In this document: one piece after another, positions 1 through 13,309 of the stretch
Layout: each line of letters opens with the position of its first letter
How positions within the stretch are numbered: the first letter of the stretch is position 1
Source: Cycas panzhihuaensis
Taxonomy: Eukaryota; Plantae; Cycadophyta
Assembly (NCBI GenBank): GCA_023213395.1
Contig: CM041465.1
Location: 81,413,741 to 81,477,740, forward strand
DNA length: 64,000 nucleotides
Direction: 5' to 3'
The notes under the pieces: model-generated
Told to the model about the DNA's origin: nothing
Seen by the model: the letters and a program-made list of their open reading frames with translations, nothing else
Database searches by the model: none
Translations under genes and position numbers: made by a program

Positions 1-219
1 CACACTAAGTTTTCCATGTATAAATCTATTATTTATCTTGTGGTATGTGCTTGATATGCCCATTCCTTTATATTTCATGTTATTACTTAATACATTGATC
101 TTACATATATAAATTGTATATATTCTTTATGATACAACTCATTGATGATACATGTTTGGTATACTTTGATTATACATAATAAGTATACTCCAATATAGCA
201 TCAGATTTAAATTCTAACA
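1..219 (+). mobile_element. 3' part of an LTR (AT-rich family A), cut by the window edge
   Basis: Aligns by eye with 3017-3243 (…tttccatgtataaatctattatttatcttgtggtatgtgc…) and ends in ttctaaca at 219. Confidence 0.7.
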
Positions 220-1199
220 TCATATAAACGTAATATTATGAATGGTCTTCTTTAGTCCTACGTTGATGATGATGATGGTGGTGGTCATGGAAAGAGTTAT
301 AGTGATATCAATTATGAGTGTAATTAGGTCACGAGCCTAGAAGATTAGGTATTTACACTAAAATGTTAGTTGATTATGGTACATTAATATGTAGAAGCTC
401 ACTTAGTAGAATGAAGAATATTGCAGAAATACTAGAAATCTATGGTGAGCATGATATATATTCGAACATAAAGATGATTATTATGGATTCATTTTATTAC
501 CACTTTTGTTAAGAAAAAACCTTCGTTGTATTAGCTATAGTTGCCTCATCTATCTCTACCCACTGTGCTGCTATATACTCAATCTCAACAAAGAAAATAG
601 TTGCCACTAAAAAGGAAGATGTGATGATGAGATATTAGACCATGGCTAATAATTTAACCTACATCTAATTGACATTATTGTTTATTAATTTGTGGAGAAA
701 AGTTTTATTCATATATATCATCCTTATAAATTTAAATAGAAGGTATGTGTTATATGTAATTAGAGAGGATTGATCATGAAAATCCTTCACACTGTTATGC
801 CATCACCACCTCATCGCTAGATCAACATGGCCTATTAACAAAAATATATGCAAGAAAAAAAAATTCACATGTCAAATTTAATTAAGATGCAAAAATATTC
901 ATGTAAACTTATCAATTTAATTAGATCTTATAATTATTTTCAAATTATGGGAAAGGGAAAATATGAAAGTTTATAAACTAAACATAATTTTTTTTACATA
1001 TGCAAAAATAGAAATAACTAGATTGAGTAAAAGTTAAGTTTTGCACCTTATTCCCCTTCATCTTAGAAGACGTTCATATGGAGAATTTGCACAACCAGTA
1101 GCCCTATGGCAAAGGGGTTAAATACCATTTCTAAAGGAAACCATATTTTTTATGATATTGTTACTTTTTTAGTCATACTTTTCATCTACGAGTTAGTTT

Positions 1200-3243
1200 T
1201 TTCAGTCATTAATTACATTTAAAAGAGAATTTTAAGACATTCAGAACAAGTGGTTGTAAGACATTTAGATATCAAATGATAAAGATTTTAATGGATAAAT
1301 TATTTTTTACTTTATAAAAGATACATTTCTTGAGTTTTTCAAATCTATTTTGGCATATGCTGATATTTTTAAAGGTTCCTGAGATCATGATGATGTGTTT
1401 AATAATAGATGAAGAATAAGGAAGTAAGTTTCATTTAAAATAAAAATATTCAAATTTTATTATTAATATGCTAAGGTTTAAAAATAATAAAAATTGATGA
1501 TGTGGGACATTAGCTGTTATGTAAATTATATATATGCTAGACATGATTAAATTCCCCTTGGCATTTACATATTTAATTAGTAAAACTATAGTTACTTATC
1601 AAGTGCAATGATCACCTAATTTATTATTAAATGAATGATGATAATTAATGATACCACCTAATTTTATTGATAAATGACCTAGTTTATGAAAGAGTTTATG
1701 AAAGAGTTGTTAATGAGATGTTGATGTTTTACACAATTTTATGAGACATGGAGAAGAAGTCAAATAAATTAAATACATAACATACTAATTCAATTATTTA
1801 GGTTATCTAGTTGATAAATAAAATATGTTTATCAATGAGAAATCTAATTTATTAGGTATAATAAGAGGTATAGAAATACAATATTTATATTTCTTTATTA
1901 TAGCTAGCTTAACTTGGCTAGGTAGTATGTCCTCTTCTTAAAGTGTGTTTGTTTAGTTTATTGATTTGATAATATTAATGATAATTAATAGTTACCAAAA
2001 GAAAGATGCAAATATGTATATAACTGTTATTAGAGGTAGCATACAAGTGATTTCCTCATATGTATGAGGTAAGATAAATGAGGCTACTCTTATACAACAC
2101 ATAGATTATGTTGTTATTCTTATATGTAAGAAATAAGATATTTATACTACTATTGTAATAGTATTTTGCCTAATAACTAAATATTATTTTATTTACTGAT
2201 AAACTGCATACAAGAAATACATACTATAGAATTAGAACTTATGATGTCTGATTACCCATATTTTTTGGTAAATGGTCATTGTTTTATATGCAAATTAATA
2301 ATTATTTTTATTCATAAGATTAATGAGATGATAGATTTACAGAATTATTGATTCATTACAACTTTACAAGTGAAGACATGAAGTTGAGGAGAAAACTTCA
2401 TATAAATATAACAAGTGAAAGTCATGAAATTGAGATAAGTTGTTTAGTTGATTGATGATAGTTTTATATGTATTTTAAAGATGGATGTTCATAATTAGTC
2501 ATTAATGTTCATGGATGACCATAGATGGTTATAGGTTAATTGCTTGTAAGAGACAAGCATGATGTTGATAGATTTATAGGTTACAGGTAATACAATTTAA
2601 TACAACTTCATATAAATTAATTTATATTAATACAAGTTATATGTTTACAAATTCTATCATATAAGAAATAAATGAATAATTGAATACTTGAAGATTTGGA
2701 TATATTAAATATTAAGGGAGAGTGTTAGAATATATGATATTTCACATATTTAATATTTAATATAAAATAGTAGAGTTATAAAAAATCTCATTCACTAAAA
2801 GGATTGAGAGATTTGATATGTGCACATATTCATGTACATAACCTATTAGATAATAAAAAGATTCAAGAGATATTATGGGCTATTCATAAGGTGGTATATC
2901 TATAAATATATATACACACCACTTAAAAACTTAAGAGATGAATGACTCATTTGGAGATGTAATTATTTGATATCTAAAAATGAGCTCTCAACTCTAATCT
3001 TCTCTCATGGTTTCTCTCATACTAGGTTTTCTATGTATAAATTTATTATCTATATTATGGTACATGCTTTATATATTTATTACTTTATATTTCACATTAT
3101 TTCTTACTATGTTGATCTTACATATATAAATTGTATACATTCCTTATGATATGACTCATTGATTATGCATGTTTGATATGCTTTTATTACACATAATGAG
3201 GATATTCTAATATGGTAGCATAGTTAAAGTTTAGATTCTAATA
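1200..3243 (+). mobile_element. Decayed non-autonomous LTR element (family A): internal region, PPT and 3' LTR (2723-3243)
   Basis: PPT aagggagag lies directly before tgttag at 2723. The internal region matches 19480-20989 (+) and 15953-17150 (-), e.g. aagaggtatagaaa…tagctagctt. The left boundary is approximate. Confidence 0.65.
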
Positions 3244-5399
3244 AAAATAAAAAGATAAATTCACTATTATTGTAGCATAAGAACTGATTACAAAAAAGTA
3301 TAAGTACAAAAAAAAAAAAAAAAATTATATAAATATAATCACCAAAATAGTATTGTAATACACTTAATTATAATAAACTCATCAAAATATCCCTTATCAT
3401 TCAAAGAGACCCTACATACACAAAAGGAATTCTCTCTTATACACAATTATTAATAGATAACATCATGTACAAATGTTAATAATTAATCTCATATACAAAT
3501 GTTAATACATAGAATCTTAATGAAGTCCTATGATCACATGTTGTCTAGCTAACAATCATGTTTCATTATAGAGGTAGCTATGTAATATAATCCATTGGTT
3601 AAAAATTAGGATATTTCAAATTTGAGACTCTTGAGGATTATATAAGATTATAGAAGAAATGATAGTATAAATAATCCACATAAACAAGATCCCAAGAGTT
3701 ATAAAATAATGTAATTACGCTTAAACTCTAAAGATGGTGACAAAAATTCCTATGTATATAATTAGTTATAAAAATCATATAAAGTAAATATGTCAAGTAC
3801 TAATTATTATAATATGGGACTTATCCTCAATATAAATCATAATATAAAGTCCAAAAATATGGATACTTACAAAATCACAAATTAGCATTATTATAAGAAT
3901 GATAGTGATGAATTTTTAAGCATGACTAGTAGTGAGGATTTTTATAATAATATGGATGAAGTAAATTGGAAGGGTGAATATTTTGATATTGATGACAGCT
4001 TTAAAGAAATTTGTTTTAATAATAGGAAAAGCAATAAAAGAAAGGGAATGCATGATGGTCAAAATTCTATAAGTCATAAACATAAAGTAGAAGTATCAAT
4101 CGAGGGATGATAAGAACAAACTAGTATAGTAAACTACATCAAAGAAAAGGTAAAGAAAGGCATAACACGACTTCCATGTCAAGGATTTTATTTTAAAACT
4201 TACTACAAGTGGAAACTAATTTCTTAAAATTTCATAGAAAGAAAAAATAAACTTCCATCATTAAACTTTAAAATAATTTATATTCTAACCATAAAAACTA
4301 AATGGAACATTTTTCTATAAAAAGATAACCAAAAAATACTTCTAGTTAAATCAATTTTGAGTTATTTAGAGACATGTAGCTTATGGAATGACCTTTTAAG
4401 CTCATAAAAAATTAGTATTTTGGGGACTAAAATAATACCTATAAATAAAATGATGATAACTTTTGATTTTGATGTCTAGTTAAGTTGAAATCATTTTAAC
4501 CTAAAATAAACTTTAAACACATTTATTTGAAAAAAATTGAGGTCAACTAAATACTTATAGCCTCTATTGTGATCTTATTTAGAATAAAATTGAGAACAAT
4601 TAGATATGTATAACAAAATTTATGGTCATTTAAAGTATTAGTTGTAGAATTTAGGCCCTATGGATAGTAGTAGATAATAGGCCAAATTTGAATTCATTAC
4701 AACTTTCGTAATTCTAATCTAAACCTTATAGTATAAGCACTTAAGATTTATAGCGCAAGTTTGGTCATCTCATATTTGTAATTGCTCTTTTAAAATTCAA
4801 TCATTTACACCCTAAAAGTTATAGATATTTGATAATCCCTTTAGCTAGTTAAATTAAGATTGATACCCCTTATGATGAACCCAAATTGAAATAGAAAGAA
4901 ATTTTGTGAATTATAATAAAAAAATAAAACAAAATCAACCTTCACCCTAAATGCACTAAAAATAATAAAATTCTAATTAATATAAATACATGATTCTAAA
5001 GTATAATGAGTAAGCTTTTATATGATGACTTGCTTTAATTATTTCAATCCTTTAAAATTATATTTCAACCTAGTATTTTTATTGGGTTGCATGAACACAA
5101 TCTTACTTTAAATATTTTAATCATTTTTATTTATAATTGAAGCTACTATTTTTCTTGATATGTGATAACACAATAACGGGCTCCTCATATGATTTTATTA
5201 TGACACCTCCCATATAGCATGCTAGGCTTTGAATGGGCTTGTGACTATGTCACAACCTCATTCTTCCTCATATTTACTTCAGTATCTTACTTAATGTTGT
5301 ATTCATCTTATTGAGAATCCCTCTAAGGTATAACTCAAGTATAAGAAAGCATTTTATGATGGCGATGGAGGGTATGACAATTAAATAATTCATCCACAA

Positions 5400-8300
5400 G
5401 GTTAAGGAGTATCATCATTAAGGCCTATAAATGTTGTACTCTAAGGAAAAAATCTCTATATTTGTTGAATGAGCTTTAAGTATATTATTATAAGGCATCT
5501 CTTATTACATATACACTAACAAGTTATTTTCTTAATTATATACCTTCCAAGCTTTATCTCAAAAAATGGATACAAATCATTTAAAGGGGCAATGTTGTAT
5601 CGAGATTAAATCTACCTAGTTTTTAAGTTCAGGCCACATGGCCTTTTAGTCCTTGTCTTAAGATAATTTAATGTTATACTATAGTTCTTAGGCTTGTTTA
5701 AGAAATTTACGTATTTTTAGGTAATGGACAATGGACTTCGTGGTCTCTACAATGGTCATTATAAATTATTTAATTTGGGTTGAACTCTAAATTTCTCATT
5801 GTATTTATGGCGTTTTATTAATAATTTGATGGATCCATTAAATACATTATATTACAAGCCACCAAAACATTTATTTAGAAATTGTCAAGATCTTTGATTG
5901 TGTAGTGATATGAATCTTACTCAACTATTTATCAAAGAGATCTTTGTTTATGTTGGCAAGAAGGTTTTGTTCAAAATATTCAATATCTTAACCTTACAAA
6001 TGATTGTCTCCAATACTATAAATTATAGAAATTTACTAAGTTCTATCTTATGGATTCCTTAACCCCTCATCACCAATGCACAATGTAGGTTTTGTTATAG
6101 TTAGGTAGAAATTCATAATCTAATGGTGTTTCCACACAAGAACGTATTTAACAACAACAACCTCTTCTTTCTTCATAATAAGCTTTTTCTTTAGAAAGGT
6201 TTTTTTACAAAACTCCATCATCTCTATATTTTCATAAGCAAGGTTAGCCATTTATGTAAAAATCTATGAAGGATCCTATTTATTCTTTAGTTTAGAGTCC
6301 CCCTCATGCTATTTATCAATCATTAGATAAACCACACTCCTTTGTATCTAATTTTGGAAACTTTAGGCATCAAGATCTTAAATGCTTAATGGGGATTTTG
6401 TTTGATGAAAATTATAATAATTTTTCTCTACTTATTATGGAAGAAGATACTTGTATAAAAGAGGATTCACTAGATGTACAATTATAGGTGGTCCTTCCTA
6501 ACCCTAATTAACAATTTATCTTGTGGTCTAGTATGCATTTCTTTATCTTTTCTTAAAATGTAAAGGGTTTTTCATTTGTAACTAAATGGAAGAGAATCAA
6601 TAATTACATGCTCTCAAAAGTCAATAATTTAGAATTCTTACCTCTTTGGGTTCTAATTTACCTTTAGTTGCTCTTAATATTTGTGATTAAAATAACTTTG
6701 TCTCCACCAATCATACACCAAGTTTGGGTGGTACTATTCTATGCTATGCTATATGGTTCAAGGATATATTGGTATGTGAGGCATTCAAGCCACATCCTTA
6801 ATGTGATTGGGTGGTTTCTTAGTTATAATACATACTTATAGGAGTTGTTAATATTTAATCTTCTTCTAAATCATGTCTATTTTGTAGCTTATAAATGGAT
6901 GCATCTCTCATATCTTCTTACTCATCAGATTCTTATTAGGGATTTTAATATAATTAAATCTCCAAATGATAAATTAAGTGATTTAGGCTCTTTAAGTTTT
7001 CCAATGGTTAAATCTCATGATTAGTTTACTCTTAGAACACATTTTAGTCCTTTTAGTTTAGGTCCTATTAAAGGTGGACAATCTCATTTTACTTGGTGTA
7101 AAAAAAGATTTGATACAGATATAATTTACTCACTTAGATTATTGCTACTTTTTACATCATAGGGTTCTACTACCAAATATTTGTGGCCTTTGAATCCACG
7201 CCTTAGTTGTTCTTTTTTTGTTATTTTCCAATTTTTATTTTATTTTTATCTAATATTAGTTATACACCTCCACCTAGTTCCATTTTAAAGTTTAATAAAT
7301 CTCTTCTCTTTTATTCATGTTTGCACTCTTATTTTCCCAAAGTTTAGAATTTAGTTCCTCATCCTACTAGAGACGTAGGATGGATTATTTAGTGAAAATA
7401 ATCTCTAAGTAGAGATATTATATGGCTAAGAGGATTTGGGAAGCAAATGACAAGTATTTATAAGATACATGAGAATAAACTAAAGAGTGCACCTCATGAG
7501 GTTATATCGCAATTCAATGTTAGTCCTTTCAATTCCTTTTTACAATCTTGAGAAGCTATTGTTCACTTAATGTTACTTAAATATGAAGCTTTAAGAGAAA
7601 AATAAACTTACATCTGTCAATGGCCTTATTGATTAAATGAAGGTGAAGCTTCATCGAAGTTTTTCTTTAATTCCTTAAAACAAAAATAAGCTACCTCTAG
7701 GATTTTATCCATCAAGGAAAAGAATGTTTCTTTAGTCCATGATTAACACATTATCAAGGGTATGTTTGCAACATATTTTAAAGATAATTTTGCTTCATCT
7801 ATAATGTGTCTAGAGGGGGTAGATACTATGGTTGAGTGTTTGAAGATTATTCCCTCTAAAGTGGATACTTTGATTATACATATTTTGATAGGGCATTTAT
7901 GGAAGAGGTGTTGAAGATAGAATTCATCATTCACACTAATAGATGATGATCACAACCATTAGGATCTCATTAAGAGGAATTTTGCTAACATAAGGACATA
8001 ATTAGCATCTACACAAAGCAACTGTAAATATGAGTACTTTAGCAAGCATAAAAAATATGAACTCAAGTATAAGATAGATACAAAATATGGAGCAGAAAGA
8101 ATTTGTCCTCACTCCAAAATAAGAAAACTTGACTTGGATTCAAACTAGTAGCATGATAGTACAATACTCATTCCTTCTTGTAATGCATGAGGTTTGACAT
8201 CCTTATATAGAAGTGAAGAAGGAACTTAGATGGTTGGATGTTTGACAAGTGTCAAACATCAAAGCTATACCCTTTGCATGTGGGACAAGTATCCCTTTGA

Positions 8301-11177
8301 CTCTCTTTATGAGAAAAAATACATGAGAGTATACTAACCCTTAAGATATAACATTATGCCACTAAGTATGATTATTTCCTCAAGCCTCAATAAGCCTTAG
8401 TTATTTTAAGTCTTAGCTCTCATACCAATGGTAGAATTAGTAAGTTAATCCCTAAAGACAATGTAAACCTTTGTGCCATTGGGGTTTGACTTCTTATTTC
8501 CTTATTTATTATAGCTTATAAGATTTTCACCAAAGCCTTAGCATATCACATCAAATTTTCTCTAGATCATTTAGTTTATCTAGAAAAATTAGTTGTATTA
8601 GAGGCTAGTATATTCTTAACAATGTTTTATCATTATGGGAATCTGACATTGGGCATGCGTGTTTAAGTATGATTTTTATTGCTTAAATTTGACTTTGAAA
8701 AGGCTTATGATAAAGTTAAATGGGACTTTTTAATATGGTCAAAGCACATGCTTATATTATTATTAATGGTCAAATATCCTCTCCTATATGTCTTCATCAT
8801 TCAATCCAATAAGGGTGGTCATTTCTTTTGTCATTCATAGCAACTTTGAAGAAGAATCTCATTGTTAAGATTGAAAAATATATATCAAATTGGTTTTTCT
8901 TCACTTCTAGATCCTCTATGTCTAATGATAGCACCTCTTATTGCCACTCAAGTTTTGATGCAATCCTAGCTTGGATTGTAGAACTTAGATGGATAATTTT
9001 AAATAATGGTCAAGTTTCTTTGATTTATTAAGTATTCCTTTTGGGTTTAATATTACTCCTTCTCATATGTAGGATTATATTCTAGGCAAGTTTATAAAAA
9101 AAGAAGGGAATTTTAGTCCCTCCAACATTTGGCTTTAGTAGGTCATTTACATGTAGTGTTGAAGAGCTTGCTTCTGCTCCATGTTTTTTATTTATCTTTT
9201 TATGTAGAAGATTTTGTTTATGCTTCATGTTTATTATTCATCTTTTAAGTTTCCTTGTAATTTTGCTTATAAGAGAATTCTTTCTATAGTCAGAAATTTC
9301 TTAACAGTAAGCATTGCTGATAAATGAGGTATTCCAAGAGTTTGGTTTAACATTTGTTGCTTACCTATTAATTAAGAAGATTATGGGTGTATTCACATTT
9401 GAAAGAAAGTTGCTAAATTAGTGTCTAATTACTCGATATGACTCTGGTAAGTTGATGAACTGTGTAAGATTCTCTTCTATTTGTGAATTAAATCTAGTCT
9501 TCCTTTACGACTTAAGTTATAGGAGCCTCTCCCAATACATCATCTCTACATCTTTATTCCACTAAAGTTGAAATTGATGACTCTTTAGTTTTGAATTATA
9601 TTTGGAATTATTGGTATATTACTAATAAATTACTTCTTTAGAGGGGTAAATCATTAGATAATAATTCATTAGTGGAGAAAATTTCCCCATGGCAGTCCCA
9701 CCAATGTTTTTGGGGGAATAAGTATTGTGCTCTTTATAATCCTCAATTGCCAAATATTATAAAAGGAAAAGAGTATACTCTTTAAAGCATTTGTTGGATC
9801 CTTCATTTAACTCATTTCTAGATTAGCAAGATTTTATAGACAAATTTGGTCTCCTTTCTATTGTCCTACCCTTGTATCTTCATTTTATTAATTTGATTTA
9901 TAATTCTTATAACTACTTTTATAAAGTGTTGTCTTCTAGGATTTGGAGGATAGACTAATTTTGGATTCTAGAGAATTTATTTTTACGTTTCTTAGTTTAA
10001 AAAAACATATGCTTTATCCATGGCTCAATTGAGCATTCTTAAATGGCTCAATAGATATTAGAAGCATCAAAATTCTTTTGAAGTCTAAATTGATCATTGA
10101 ATTTTAGTATGCCATTTTCATATAGCTTTTAAGAAGCATCTTTTTTGTTGGCTTGCTTTGCATAGGAGTTTGATAACACAAAGTTAGTTTCTTCATTTAA
10201 TACCATTTTTAGAAGCAAGAGAAAGATGTTATGCATCTATTCTATTTTTTCTTATTTTCTTTAGTTATTTGCCTATTTATCCAAACAAAAACTACAATAG
10301 TGTGGTTTACTTAATTTGATATTCATGCAATATTTTTTTATAATGTCTCTATATTTTCTAAGGGTTTCATAGAAGCATGGCATGTTCTCAAATCTAAGAT
10401 TATGTGGAAATTATAAAATGCTTAAAATCTTACCATTTATGAATCTAAAGATCCTTCCTTAATTCCCACTCTCTTTGAATTAATCCCTTCTCTTCTGTTG
10501 TAGATGAAGGTCCCTCTAGAGGCTAATGCACTTGCTATGAACATGTTTCACAGATTGTTTGATAGTGTTTCATCCTTTTCATGTGCACATGATTTCATTT
10601 CTCTTCCAACAATGGTTATTTCTCGTTCTGGGGTAACATGGTTGTGCACCTTTTGTGGGACATATGATTCAAGCATATCACTATGCTCCATCTTAATGCT
10701 CGATTGGGCAACCATTATTCAGACTAAGTTGCCATCAATTGCCCTCGTATGAGGATTTTCTAATGCTTCTAATACCTTCAACAATTACCACAGTCCTTGT
10801 TGTTGCAACTCTTGTTGTTGTACCTATGCTTGCTGCTACAAATGTGGTTTTGGTTTCTACTATCATTAAGGAAGAATCCAGTGATAACGATGATGAAGTA
10901 GGTGCATACACACACCCACCAATAAAGAAGCTAAAACCTGGTTAAGTTATATGCTAGCTATGTGATTTTGTTTATTGTTGTTTCTCGGCTTTTGTGAAGC
11001 GGCACTTCTATTTTTTTGTTAGTTCATTTTGGGAGATTCTATTATGGTATATCTTGCATTTTTAGATAGTCACCTTATTGTATAATATACTTAAAATAAC
11101 CTGCTTGATATATACCTTTTTCTAAAGTATTGTTAATTCAAAATTTAGTTTCATTTCAAGCAAAAGAAAGAAAAGAA
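5400..11177 (+). mobile_element. Highly degenerate L1/Tx1-like LINE
   Basis: Endonuclease remnants (R/G)DFN at 6938, HFTWCKKR at 7085 and EGEASSKFFFN at 7639. RT remnants LIPK…YKIFTKALA at ~8445-8545 and LKFDFEKAYDKVKWDF at 8682-8729. A-rich tail at 11162-11177. The 5' boundary is approximate. Confidence 0.65.
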
Positions 11178-11523
11178 TCATGGGTAGCCTTTGATATTAT
11201 AATCCTTAGTGTGGTGTGAAGTAGGTGACTAATTGTTTAAACTTGAAATGGTCCTCATATGAGATCCAAATGCAATCTTGAACATCTTTTAATACGTGTA
11301 CTCAAGCATAGGACTTGGCATGAGGTCTAGGGACTAATTGTTAAGAGGCTTTATCTAAATATAGCCAAAGGTTTGGTAATAGCCCGGCATTACAATGGAA
11401 GATGGAGACGCTTGATGCATACTAATTCTTGGCATTAAATTATTTCTAAAATAACATTTTTATTATATGGCTAACTTCTAAAATATTTATTATATTATGT
11501 GTATGCTCCTTAATATACTTTCG

Positions 11524-11718
11524 CCTTTACCATGGGAAAGGCCAAATACATAATGATAGACAAAGTCATGGTGCAATTACAATCTTATTTAAAAGAATCA
11601 TATTCTAATGTTTGGTGCTCCTTTTCTCCTTTACTATGGAAAAGGCCAAACACATAGTGATAGACGAAGTCATGGGGTAATTACAATCCTATTTTAAAGA
11701 ATCATATTCTAATATTTG
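11524..11718. repeat. Direct duplication of ~91 bp, period 104 bp, upstream of the germin-like gene
   Basis: cctttac(c/t)atgg…gaatcatattctaat(g/a)tttg occurs at 11524-11614 and 11628-11718. Confidence 0.85.
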
Positions 11719-11858
11719 CACCCAAAGATTCTTAGTCGTTTTGGTTAGTTGTGAAGCTTTACTGCGTGATGATCGATTATTTAAAAAGGAAAATGATTTA
11801 ATCAAAATAGTTTAGCTCGGTCATAGCACACCGTAAGATATTTAAACATTAAATGTGT

Positions 11859-12195
11859 GCCGACAATTATTATTACTATCTTTTACACAATGATATTACT
11901 TTATTAATTAATTAAGGAGCGATTGTCAATCGATGTAACTTTTGTTAAGAGGAGGCGAATATGGTTTGATTTATCGCAAGAGGAAACACCAGAAAAGCAA
12001 AAGTCAAGGCACGACTCTCCCATGTCTGTATATCTCACGTAGATTGACTGTGAAGCTCCAGCGGTAAGGAACACTTCTTCTGGTGGAGTGCATATCCTCA
12101 AAGCGTTACAGTTCATGGCATTCCGCGTGTTTGACGTCATATATAAATCATCCATTCGATCACAACAGCGGTGACCCTTTCGATTGTATAAAATA
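11859..12195 (+). promoter_or_regulatory. Candidate promoter of the germin-like gene with stress-type motifs
   Basis: GCCGAC (DRE/CRT) at 11859, W-boxes AGTCAA at 12002 and TTGACT at 12044, CCGCGT (CAMTA-type) at 12123, TGACGTCA at 12132, TATATAAA at 12140, TATAAAA at ~12187. These are motif matches only. Confidence 0.4.
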
Positions 12196-12428
12196 TTAAA
12201 ATACCGTGTCGTTGATTTAAGTATCAACGAAGGATTCAATGGGAGGGAGGATGATGAATTCGCTGACCCTGTCAGCGGCTACTCTGAGTGGCCATGTGTT
12301 AGGGGACCATATAATTCTACAAATTACAATCTCCATACCACATAACTCCCAATTGTGCTTCACCTCCATGGCCATTTAGCATGCATCCGTCTACTCGCAA
12401 TTCAGGACTGCTCTGCACTCGTATCACC

Positions 12429-13100
12429 ATGTCCTCCATTCTCATTCCTGTAATTGTAATTGTGATGGCCATGGGACAGTCGGTAAGAGCTGCGGATCCA
12501 GACCCTCTGCAGGACTTCTCCGTGGCGGATAACAACTCAAAGATATTTGTAAACGGGGTGACGTCAATCGATCCCAAGACCGCCACGGCGCAGCATTTCA
12601 AGACGTCTGTACTGGCGACAGCGGGGAACACAAACAACGGATGGGGAGTGAGCGTGAAGGTAACATCAACTGCAGTGTTACCGGGGGTCAACACGCAGGG
12701 AGTGGTACTCGCTCGCACTGATTTGGCAAAGGACGGAATCGTTCCTCCGCATAACCATCCAAGAGCCTCTGAGCTTGTATTCGTGCTGTACGGAACCATC
12801 GTGGTGGGCTTTGTCGACACAAATCAAACGCTCTTTTCTGTAACTCTCCAACCGGGAGATGTGTTCGTCTTCCCGAGAGGGCTCGTGCATTTTCTTCAGA
12901 ACGTCGGCCCTACGCCTGCTACAACCATTTCTGGCCTCAACAGCCAGAATCCCGGAGCTTCTCTTCTTCCCGCCACTCTCTTTGCTTCCGTCCCTCCCAT
13001 TCCTTCCGCCGTCCTCCAAAAGTCTTTCCAGATCAATGACCAGCAAGTCGCCAATATTCGCAACGATGTTCTCAATATTCTCAAGACTCTCGCCGGATAA
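12429..13100 (+). CDS. GLP: Germin-like protein (cupin superfamily), secreted, intronless, 223 aa
   Basis: Hydrophobic signal peptide MSSILIPVIVIVMAMGQSVRA, box A DPDPLQDFSVAD, germin box 1 GIVPPHNHPRASE, box 2 GDVFVFPRGLVHFLQN, and LNSQNPG. The Mn-binding H/H/E/H residues are present. The upstream in-frame ATG at 12381 is a less likely start. Confidence 0.96.
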   Translation: MSSILIPVIVIVMAMGQSVRAADPDPLQDFSVADNNSKIFVNGVTSIDPKTATAQHFKTSVLATAGNTNNGWGVSVKVTSTAVLPGVNTQGVVLARTDLAKDGIVPPHNHPRASELVFVLYGTIVVGFVDTNQTLFSVTLQPGDVFVFPRGLVHFLQNVGPTPATTISGLNSQNPGASLLPATLFASVPPIPSAVLQKSFQINDQQVANIRNDVLNILKTLAG

Positions 13101-13303
13101 CCAAGCTCTGCTACATCTTTATTCTTCTTCTTCTTCGCGTCTTTTATCATATTCAGCATATTTATCGCATACCATCTTTCTCTTGTCATTAATGTCTGTA
13201 GCAAATAAGCCAGTCGGGGAGTATTGGTTTTGCCATCCACCCATTTGTTCGGAGTCTCTACGCAGTTTATCTCCGTATTCTCGTGTGTTAACTCTCTTAT
13301 TCT

Positions 13304-13309
13304 AATAAA
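13304..13309 (+). terminator. Candidate polyadenylation signal of the germin-like gene
   Basis: AATAAA about 200 bp after the stop codon, within a T/GT-rich 3' UTR. Confidence 0.4.

Noticed and set aside
1-3243. Pairing 1-219 and 2723-3243 as the two LTRs of one element
   Set aside because: No PBS follows position 219, and 220-1200 does not visibly match the other family copies; left unresolved.
7909-8353. Possible solo LTR (tgttga…taaca) interrupting the old LINE
   Set aside because: It looks LTR-like and interrupts ORF2, but there is no matching TSD or second copy, so it is not called.
10504-10945. Short ORFs ending in PPIKKLKPG (NLS-like)
   Set aside because: They lie in the 3' part of the decayed LINE, are low-complexity, and have no independent support as a gene.
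12381-12428. Upstream in-frame ATG extending the GLP by 16 aa
   Set aside because: The ATG at 12429 has a better context (accATGt) and gives a typical signal peptide at the N-terminus.
12317-13305. Overlapping alternative-frame and antisense ORFs (167, 122, 148 and 114 aa) over the GLP
   Set aside because: These are shadows of a GC-rich coding region and have no recognisable motifs.
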